Assembly (NCBI RefSeq): GCF_006345805.1
Contig: NC_043000.1
Span: forward strand, 31,372,001 to 31,436,000
Source of the DNA: Octopus sinensis
Lineage: Eukaryota
Direction of reading: 5' to 3'
DNA: 64,000 nt
Under the pieces are notes generated by a model. That model ran no database searches, was not told the DNA's origin, and saw only the letters and a program-made list of their open reading frames with translations. Shown in pieces: positions 53,352 to 64,000 of this stretch. Numbering within the stretch: the stretch's first letter is position 1; every line of letters starts with the position of its first letter. A program made the translations under genes and the position numbers.

Positions 53352-56257
53352 TGTGTGCGTGTGTGTATACAAACATATATAATATAATGATATATAATAT
53401 AAATACCATCAAATATACAATGATGCAATTCATGAGGATAAATTATATAAAACCCATTGATTAGCTCCAGAATGCGCAATCTCACCCTTTTCCTCTTATT
53501 GAAATACGGTTTTGATTAAAGAACTGCTTCTGTCTCATTTGCTTCGATACACTGTTACTGAACCAACAAATGTAATAAAATAACAACTTACTTGCTTCGC
53601 CCCCCCCCCCCACACACACACACACAAATAAACAAACGTACACAGGAATTGGTAGGTGAGAAGTGTTTGTGTGTCGGGCAAAATGCTGCTTTGTGTTTGC
53701 CATGACTCTTCTGCACTCTAAGTTCGAATACAACAGAGGCCAGGTATACCTTTCATTCTTTCGGGGTCGATAAAAAAGTACCAACTGAGGGCATGGGTTG
53801 GTAGAACGTTAAAAGAACATTAAAAGAACATTATTGCTAAATTCCTTACAGTATTTGTTCTTATTCTATTGCGTTCGGAGTTCAAATCGCACCATGGTCT
53901 GCTTGGTGCTATATTTAATCCGTCTCTCAGTTTAACACCACCCACTGCAAGTCTAAAATAACCGAGTGCTACACCTTTGTTTCTCTAACTAAACTCTAAC
54001 AAATATAACGTCATCCTAAATTAGTTCGCTAAAGATATTGATTTTCAAACCGAATTAAAATATTAAAAAATATTAATGCCCTATTGCAGACCACGCCAAT
54101 AATTTGTTATAATTATAGATATTTCAGGTGTTGCTGTCACTATTTCAATCTTTGCTAATGACAATTTTTAAAAATTAAGTGTAAATTAATTAATACTAAT
54201 GTCTAAAGTTGCGTAGTCATGGAACTGCAAATGGAAATAGATGAATTTCTAACTATTAAAATATTTTAGATTATCCCATTTTTACTTGCAACATTCCAGA
54301 TTATTTTGCTATAAAATCTCAGTGAACAGAAGTTTTAATAATGAATACTGTTTCCAGTGGATAAAGCAGCCGAGAACCGTTAGTTCAACTATGTAAAAGG
54401 CATCAATACTAGACTCTGTGCAAGCCGTCGTCATCCACCTCATCCAGACCTGTCAGTAGCCATGTTGTCCTTGTATTGTCTCCGGATCAAAACAGTCCCA
54501 GACAGAAGAGTGAGGATAGCATTGGACCTTTCTCCAATTCATGCGCAAGTCATGAAACAACATATGATGTCTTGTTTATAATCCTATATATATGAACAAA
54601 ATTCTATAATATTCGGATGTTGTTGCTCATCTGATAATCGATAGACAATATTGTCTGTTTTGAACAGTTTCTTATTAATCCACAGACAGTTCTAGACGAG
54701 TTAGGACGACGAAGATAGAAATGAAATGGTGTAGTTGATTTACAATATTCAGTGATGCCCTTCAGTTTTGCGTTTAAACCCTACAAGGGTAAGTGGTGCT
54801 ACCCACATCTACCTACCGCGCTCTCTGTCTCACTCTCTGTTTGTCTGTCTGTCTGTCTCTCTCTTTCGAGTGAACGGTCAATAAAATTATTATCAATAAT
54901 ATTCTTCGGGTCATTCAAAAAGTTACAAATTTCTCTAGAAACGTCCATTGTACACATTAATTAACATCCCGTTGTAATAATGTTAAACTGCTTTGATGGT
55001 TGTTGTGTTGTTGTTGTTGTTGCTGCTGCTGCTGTTGTTGTAGTTAATATTTATCCCAAGATCAGTCAAGTTCGAGAAGGTTTCGTACCACTTTTTGAAA
55101 AGTCGATATCATCCAGTGAATCCTTCAACTTTTTTAAAGACAGTATTACGTGGTTAAGAAGATTTGGTTTCTATTTCTAACAGATCAACTGACCGTGTGA
55201 AAGCCTCTCGTTGCTATAATTCATTGTTTAAGCCGGTTTTTATATCAGACATTGTTTTTCACCACTACAAAATATGTTTTCTTAACTTGAAGCGATATAA
55301 TCTTGGCCAACTATTCGATCATCTAAATTAATTTCACAGAGTTCCAATTTCTGTGTTTGATCATTTATTTCTCGCCACTTTAAAATATTGAGAGTCAAAC
55401 ATTTTCATCAACGACACTCGTACCTTTTGCTTCAAAGTGTTGATAGAAACACGTCTATTTACAGTGAAACCCAAGTAAAACTGCAAGGACTTGAAATATT
55501 CATATAGGCTGGATTCCAGTAAAGCCAAAGCCGTGGTCAACGAAATAAACTAAAGAGCTAAATAATAACATTTATTCTATGAAGTTTTATTTAGTGTTAC
55601 TGCGAGTTCAATTTGGAATTAATCTAAGATAATAATTTTTTTCATATATTCACAGTCAATTAGTCACTCCTTAGCTTCCTCTGACACGATATCGTCTGTG
55701 CATCTGTATATCTACTCTACGAGGGAAGCCCAGTATGTCGCCCTAACAACGCAGATATATATCAGAACCAGCAGAGGAAATATTAGCAGCTTCGACTTCA
55801 CGATTCTCTATATGTTGGTTAAATTTAGTTTAGGAGCAATTTTTCCACTTCTAATATCAACTTATTAATTCAATTACACCAAAACATATACGATCATCTG
55901 CAAATGGTCTGTTTACTGTCAAGACCTGGCTCGACTTGATAATAAAAAAATAAAAAAATAAAGACCGATCTTTGTAGAATATGCAACATTAACAGCGTTG
56001 TATGGAGAAATAACTATATAGACATGTTATGGCAAAAATGTTGTGAGTATATCTACCACATGAAAAAACTAGCATCTCACGTCTTTTTCAGTGAGTAACC
56101 TGGCTCCGCTTCTGGCTCCATGACTATTTTTTTTCTTTCCAGAACAAGTACAACACTGACTTTGGATATAATAGTTATGCATCCTCCGATGTGGATCAGC
56201 TATCGATTTATATACATACATTCATATATGCACACATACACACAGATATACATTCAT

Positions 56258-56315
<58 letters not shown>

Positions 56316-58487
56316 ATGAATGTATGTGCGTATATCGATTATTTCAGCTTTATTCTTCTTAATGTCCCTGTTGTTGCTAAATATTTAGCTGGTTGGTAAA
56401 ATATATAATAAACACAAACACACTGCCATGAAAAAAATGTGGAGATTTTAAAATAAATAATAAAATGCTATAGTATGCCTACATCATACACACACACACC
56501 TACGCACACACACACACACACACGCACACACATACACACACACATCATATATATTATATAATACACTCACACGCATATTTATGCATACATTCAATGATAT
56601 ATGCATACAGACATGCATACATATATATATGAAAGTGTGAGGGTGTGTGTGCATGAAACTGAATACGTAAATACATAAACGAAAGTCTATCAACAACAAC
56701 GACGCCATCATTAAAACCGTGTTTCCATGTCGTTGTTGTTGTTGTTGTTGTTGTTGTTGTGTATCTTGCATCGCACTGCAGAATATTTATCTCTGTTCCA
56801 AATAACATTGTAATCTGTGCGTTCATCTATTTATATGTTCCATCGACTCTAACCGTTTCCTCCGATCCCGTCTTCATAAATGCTTTTTCAAAGCAACAGA
56901 CAGGAAAATCAATCCCTCAAATGCGCCATTGCAGAACACTTGTTGTTTTTGGTGTTGTTGTTGTTGTTGTTGTTTAGTTCTAATTTCGCTGACCAATACA
57001 GAAAAACACAGCAATCTACTTCCAAATGTAAATTACACATAAAACTCCCCTCATTGTCTTTCTTCACACATATACACACGCTTACAATCGCACACTCACG
57101 TATGTGTATATGTTTGTATATGCGTGTATATATATATATACGTGTATATGTGTATATATGTGTATGCATATATACATGTGTTTATATTTACATGTATTTA
57201 TACATATACATGTATATATATATATATTATATATTATTATAATATATATATATATGCATGGGAGGAAACGCATGAATATTATATATATATATGCATATAT
57301 GTATATATACACGTGTATATATTTACATGTACTTTATATATACGTGCATACATATATGTAACGCACATGTATGTACGTGGGAAGGGCTGCCTGAGTATAT
57401 TATAACTGTATGTACGTATAAGTGTACATATGTGCTTGTGTACTACACACACACACACACACACACAAACACACATACACACACACACACACACGTAATT
57501 CTTCGAGTACCAATATGGCATAGGTTATTAACGAATTAATATACAAATCAATCGTTTCTCTCCTGCCGTCTTCTGCTATCAGAAAACTCTTCGTGGGTAA
57601 ACTTTCTCAGCGAAACAAACTACATATAGATAGAATTCCTCCGGAACGCCATCTGGGGATCATACATGATGTATTTACACCATTTAAAGTTCTGATGCTG
57701 TGGTTTTCTGTCTGAGAGAAAATCTCTTCATAGATATGTATATATTGTGTTAAAAACACAATATATATATATCGGTCATAGACGGATGTCGTCCCAGCAG
57801 TGACTCAGGGAATGCCAGACACGCTTCGTCCCTCGGAGTCCTCAATAACTTATTCTCAGTACTTACATGAAAATAGTCACGAAATTTATATTTTCATAAG
57901 TTGCCTTCTGTTGTTGTAATCTTAAGTTCGGAAGAAAGGTCAGTGGCCGGTTGGGGGTGGTGAACTGCTAAACAATGAGGATTTTCATATGAAGCTACCT
58001 AAAATCGACCTCATAGCACAACACACACACACACATACACACACGCACGCACACGCACACACATAATAGGCGTATAGTTTGTCTCCACAATAGATTCAGG
58101 AATTTGGACACAGATCTTCAGCTTATTCTGAAGAAAAACCTAGTTGGCAGCATGCCACGTGAAGTGTGATGATCGCTGCTGTTTATCTGTTCCTTCAATC
58201 GGAAAAAAATCTATTCTGTATTTTCAAGGCAAAATTAATAACATATTTAAGTCATTATTAGTGGAGAGTTGCTTATGTGACATGTTTATACTTTGTTGAA
58301 ACAAAATAGTTGAAAACAATGTAATTAGTTTCTATGTGAAATATTACATCGTATACCACAACACACCAATATTTCAAAAAAAAAAAACGAGTTAATCTCT
58401 ACTTACAGGCATAGTATGAAAGTTTCTCTCCAAACACCGGCACACTATCGTATAAGGATGTTGCGGAAGTAGCTGCAAACAATTGTG

Positions 58488-58518
<31 letters not shown>

Positions 58519-58645
58519 TGTGTGTGCTGTGTGTGTGAAAGAGCGAGAGAGGAGGATAGAAAGAGACAAGGAGGGAGAAAGTGCTTGTGTATGTTTATGC
58601 TTGTGTGCGTCTGCAACAAAAGCATATTCATATATTACGCTGTTG

Positions 58646-58677
<32 letters not shown>

Positions 58678-59119
58678 GGTGGTGGTGGTGGTGATGGTGG
58701 TGGTGGCGATGGGGGTGGATGGTGGCGATAGGGCTCTTGGTATTGTTGTTGGTGTTATTGCTATTTAACTTCAAGTCTAGTTCCTCAGAACTAAAAACCA
58801 AGTTTCTCTAACCGTCCACAACATTTCTCATTTCTGTCACAATCTATCTAGGGTTACACTATTTGTTGTCTTTGTTAAGACGATTGGGCGTAGCATGAGG
58901 AAGATTTGGTTGATATTTCTAACAAGTCACTTGAGACACTTCCTTCGGTTTGTTGTTTTGAACCAAAAGAAACAAAGAGAGGAAAGGAGCTAGGAGTGTG
59001 TGATGGGGTGCGGTGGGGGTGGGGGTAAATTTCCTGCTTTTCCAGTTCTTAAAGCTTGGAATAAATATATCAACGCCAACACCACCAACACTTCCCTCGT
59101 AGTCACTGCCAACGTTACA

Positions 59120-59325
59120 CCATTATCATTATTATTGTCATCGTCATGATGATGATGATAATGATGATGATGATGATCATCATCATCATCATCATCACTA
59201 CAATCATCATCGTCATCATCATTTTCAACGACCTCTATACTCATTATTGTTCCTATCAACGTCGGTCTTATCATTCTCATCCTCATAATACTTATTGTCC
59301 CAGACATCATCTTTGCTCTCATTAT

Positions 59326-59363
<38 letters not shown>

Positions 59364-59519
59364 ACAACAAAGACATCATCGTGTAGCTTCATCAACATTA
59401 CCACTATCAGCATCCTGATCGCTATCACAATCATTATAATCGTGTATCGCCAACACCACCATCATCATCATTCTCATCGCCACAATCCTCCTCCTCCTCC
59501 TCCTCCTCCTCCTCATCAT
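59120..59519. repeat. Compound (TCA/TGA/TCC) microsatellite running into an assembly gap
   Basis: Directly visible. Confidence 0.9.
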
Positions 59520-59619
59520 NNNNNNNNNNNNNNNNNNNNNNNNNNNNNNNNNNNNNNNNNNNNNNNNNNNNNNNNNNNNNNNNNNNNNNNNNNNNNNNNN
59601 NNNNNNNNNNNNNNNNNNN
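59520..59619. other. Assembly gap (100 N)
   Basis: Run of 100 n. Confidence 1.
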
Positions 59620-59828
59620 TTTTGTGAGAACTTGCTTGAGAATAAATTCCAAGAGTCGAATTATAAAAGAAAATACGCGATCCGAGGTAATATATAATAG
59701 GCATGGGCAATGCAGTGTGACACATAACGAGTAACGGTAGAGCTACAGAGGCTGATTTTAAAGCGGTAAGGCTAACACAGGTCGTATTCAACTCTACGGC
59801 GATAAGCGGTTACAGAGTGTTGGTGTAA

Positions 59829-60063
59829 GGCGGCGAACTGGCAGAAACGTTAGCGTGCCGGGCGAAATGCGTAGCCGTGTTTCGTCCGTCTTTGCTATTC
59901 TGAGTTCAAATTCCGCCGAGGTCGACTTTGCCTTTCATCCTTCCGGGGTCGATTAAATAAGTACCAGTTGCGCACTTGGGTCGATATAATCGACTTAATC
60001 CGTTTGTCTAACCTCTGTTTGTCCTCTCGGTGTTTAGCTCCTTGTGGGTAGTAAAGAAATAGG
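59829..60063 (+). mobile_element. SINE family E
   Basis: Full-length homologue of 37438-37664. Confidence 0.88.
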
Positions 60064-60651
60064 TGTAGGGGAAACTAATTTTATAGTTGGACTTATTTTT
60101 CTTCAATGAGGGCTCGGATATGAGTGTGCCATTTCGTTTCAGGAACGGGAGGAGGTTTAGCAGATTTTAAATGTATGGTAGGGTTGATTAAGGAGAGACA
60201 GTAAGTTATTTCCTTTACAGTGTTGTCCTTGTTGCGGCCTGATTGAGGAACAAAAAGGATTTCAGTAGTAAACTCAGCCTCCACACACCAACACGCTACA
60301 AACATATACCGTTGTATCATCCCTGTATTTGTCGAACTTCTTCTCTCACGGTTGCTGTTCTACAGTAACTGCCTATAAGCCGCGCAGTATTAATCATATA
60401 ATTGTTGTCATTTTCCTCTCATTATTTTCATGGCACTAACCTGCCAACAACCATCCAGTCCTTTACGTAATAAGTCACCTGATTAATGGGTAAATTCAGG
60501 GAATGGAAAATTAAGGCTTACTCAAGAACAGAGTACCATTTTCCTTAACTGGGTATGGACCTTCAACAGCAGTTGACTACGAGTTTGGTTTGCTCTGCGT
60601 AGCTTCTCAGTAAATACACAAACACATCTTGGGAGAGAATTCTATAATACC

Positions 60652-60882
60652 TATTTCTTTATTACCCACAAGGGGCTAAACACAGAGGGGACAAACAAGG
60701 ACAGACATAGGTATTAAGTCGATTACATCGACCCCAGTGCGTAACTGGTACTTGATTTATCGACCCCGAAAGGATGAAAGGCAAAGTCGACCTCGGCGGA
60801 ATTCGAACTCACAACGTAACGCAGACGAAATACCGCTAAGCATTTCGCCCGGCGTGCTAACGTTTCTGCCAGCTCACCGCCT
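60652..60882 (-). mobile_element. SINE family E with 12-bp TSD
   Basis: TSD ttctataatacc at 60640-60651 and 60883-60894. Confidence 0.9.
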
Positions 60883-61502
60883 TTCTATAATACCAGTTAC
60901 TTGAATGTAAGACACGGAATTCTTAAATTTGAATAATTTTATGACGCTATTGTCTCATCGGTTTGATAACATTTAACCTTCAAATAGAAAATGATAAGCT
61001 TCATTTTGAACTGTTTCGTGCGACTGTTTAATCTTATTACGCTAATTTCATTATAAAGTCGTATGACTAACTTCTAAGCATTAGTTAGGAGAAGGTCAAA
61101 ATGTTCCAAATTTATCTGGCAGGATGAAGTATAAAAGGTACCGGTCTGTATAAAGGGGTATTGAAGTAATAAAGGCAGTCAAATTTTCGTCTGCTTCAGT
61201 CGTTTAAAATTTCAATTTGAACGATCGTCTGCTACAATTGGCGGTTAATCGTTATGTTTATTTTGAGTTTTGATAAATGAATTATTGAGAGGATATATTG
61301 CTTAAGGAAGATCATATAGAATCGATCATTGATAGGGACATTACAGTTATGGTTATGAATAATAAATATGAAATAATGTTATTACTGAACAACACACACA
61401 CATATTGGTAGGTTTCGGAGGGAGAAAGAAAGAGAAAAGGAGAAAGAGAAGAAAGAGTCGTAGTCTAACAATTCAGCATTGACAGACACACTCCCTCTAT
61501 AT

Positions 61503-61559
<57 letters not shown>

Positions 61560-61839
61560 TGTATGCATGCATATATATATATATATAACTTTAGGTAAAT
61601 ATATTCAATAAGTATATTATAGACTGAATTTATATTGAGTGCTCTATTGTATAAGAATATTAATACTATATATATATATACACAAAAATACATACATATG
61701 TATATATGTATATATGTGTATATATACACACACACACACACACATAAGTTATAAATATTCCTAAAGAATCAAGACATATCAACGTTAAATACGCCATTAA
61801 TTGGGCGAATCTCGCAGAGCGGGCAGTAATCCAGACGTC

Positions 61840-62040
61840 AATGAAATGCTTAATGATATTTCGTCTGCCACTATGTTCTGAGTTCAAATTCCGCGGAGAT
61901 CGACTTTGCCTGTCATCCTTTCGGGGTCGATAAATTAAGTACCAGTTACACACTGGGGTCGATGTAATCGACTTAATCCGTTTGTCTGTCCTTGTTTGTC
62001 CCCTCTGTGTTTAGCCCCTTGTGGGTAGTAAAGAAATAGG
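61840..62040 (+). mobile_element. SINE family E (degenerate head)
   Basis: 3' two-thirds nearly identical to the other copies. Confidence 0.85.
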
Positions 62041-62434
62041 TATAAAGTAAGGGAAAGATGCAAGCATAATGATAGCTATATACATTCCTCTGACGTTTTT
62101 TTTTTTAAATCTGAACGTCTATCGCTGCAATCGTAGCTGTAACTCCTCTCTACTTTACATTATCCTCGAATGACGGCTTCAGAACACACCCACTTTGTAC
62201 ATCTTAAACATTGGTATTTTCATTGGTATTTCCATATTCTGAGAATCAATGGATTACTCAATAAGTCATCGAATTACTCTGATTTTTAGAAGTCGACTGA
62301 CGAGCTTCGCAAGTGTATTGCATGACCTCAATAATTGTATCATATTTACATCATAACAAAAACTCCTAACGAAACAAGTGTAGCAACAACATTCACAAAT
62401 CCATTCGTTTGTTTTATTTCATTTATATATATCT

Positions 62435-62720
62435 ACCCTTTACGGATTCTCTTTTGGACATTTACCCCTCCGGCTGCACCTCTCCTACCTACGGATCACT
62501 GTGGACTCTACTCTTGATGAAAAATCCTTGCAATACACCACGGCGTCAAAACCTTTGAACTTTACGTAAAACTGTTCTCTCCTTGTTTTTTTCTGTGTCC
62601 CTTTCTGTTGAAGAGCGTAGGCTTGAAACGTAAAAGACTTTTCAATACCTGATCGTTATACTAATACATCTGTTTGTTTTGTACACCACCTGTCTTCGTC
62701 TTTCTTTTTTTTCGTGAACT

Positions 62721-62725
<5 letters not shown>
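62435..62725 (+). mobile_element. CUGUNGA-family fragment; hammerhead motif at 62601-62636 (CUGUUGA)
   Basis: cttt-CTGTTGA-a-gagc(gtag)gctt-GAAA-cg-TA-aaag. Confidence 0.75.
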
Positions 62726-62801
<76 letters not shown>

Positions 62802-62802
62802 G

Positions 62803-62880
<78 letters not shown>

Positions 62881-62882
<2 letters not shown>

Positions 62883-63177
62883 GTGAAATAGAAAGATGAA
62901 TAATCTTGTAGTAGATTAATCAAAAGTTTAACCGATACCTTAGTAGCAAAATCACAGCAGTGAACACCACGGTTGGAGGTACAACCATCTGGCGTTGCAA
63001 CCGTGCGTTGGTGCGGATAATTGAAATTAAAACATTATTGGTGAATTGAAGAAATGGAGCTGAACGCAGATTGAACAGAAATCGTTTTATTTCATTCTAC
63101 ACGTGTTTCGAAACACGTGTAGAATGAAATAAAACGATTTCTGTTCAATCTGCGTTCAGCTCCATTTCTTCAATTCA

Positions 63178-63180
<3 letters not shown>
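62881..63180. mobile_element. Second copy of the 42376 PLE terminus ending in a perfect 142-bp foldback (63039-63180)
   Basis: 62881-63112 aligns with 42376-42606 at high identity. Palindrome centre ttc|gaa at 63109/63110. Confidence 0.9.
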
Positions 63181-63226
<46 letters not shown>

Positions 63227-63227
63227 C

Positions 63228-63297
<70 letters not shown>

Positions 63298-63310
63298 ACA
63301 TATATATATA

Positions 63311-63466
63311 CAGGGTGTCCCAAAAAATGTATACACACCTTAAATAATTGTAAATTTGGGGTTATTATAATTCGAATAATTTTCAACATGTAAAAGAATT
63401 TACAAATATCATTCTATTGTCTGTTATCGCATGTTATAAAGTGTATACATTTTTGGGGACACCCTG
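63311..63466. mobile_element. Tc1/mariner-type MITE (156 bp)
   Basis: 26-bp TIRs cagggtgtcccaaaaaatgtatacac / gtgtatacatttttggggacaccctg (1 mismatch), TA on both sides. Confidence 0.88.
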
Positions 63467-63494
63467 TATACCACACACACACACACACACACAC

Positions 63495-63562
<68 letters not shown>

Positions 63563-64000
63563 TACATATATATATATACGTGTGTGTGTGTATGTTTACG
63601 ATCATTTGGTGGTGTTTGTTGCATGTATGTGTATGCTTTTTGTTTGTGTAGAGTTAATCTATTCTATGACTGCTGGGTTTGTAGGTTGCATGTGTTTTAC
63701 ATATACAACCAACACCAATGTCATGTAATAAATAAATTACATCTATCACATGCGTTGAACTGTATATGCGCTCAATTGTCAGGCGATGAATTGTCGGTAC
63801 TCCGATAGTTAGAGAGATAGATATTGATATAGCTATGTATACCACCTGTCTTCGTCTTTTATTTTTGTTTGTAAATTCTCCCCCTATGTATGTATGTATG
63901 TATGTATGTATGTATGTGTATGTATATATATATAAGTTCAGCAAAATTTAGATTCAGGTGAATATGGTACTTAAGTTAAAGGCACCAGAATTTTGTATGG

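Overview
AT-rich, microsatellite-saturated eukaryotic DNA. The repeat families look like those of an octopus genome; this is inferred from recall of the SINE families, not from a search. I found no supportable host protein-coding gene. Almost all ORF-track entries are translations of (TA)n, (CA)n, (CATA)n, (GATA)n or triplet repeats. The window is a graveyard of mobile elements: a mariner relic, a Tc1/mariner MITE, a TIR element carrying (TAACCC)n, several tRNA-derived SINE families (some with 11-12 bp target-site duplications), LINE fragments of the RTE, R4/Dong, CRE and RNase H-bearing I-like types, and several Penelope-like element (PLE) relics. The most notable signal is a set of about 11 hammerhead-ribozyme-like motifs, all type I with a self-complementary stem III, in PLE terminal (pseudo-LTR) fragments that mostly sit in (TA)n arrays. 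Canonical CUGANGA cores occur at 873-926 (mirrored at 759-812), 42580-42673 and 46188-46315. A five-copy family has a CUGUNGA core (A6U) in which only position 7 varies freely. There is also one U4C variant and one G3:C8-swapped variant. Several of these fragments form near-perfect foldback palindromes whose junctions lie in or next to the ribozyme. A 100-N assembly gap lies at 59520-59619.
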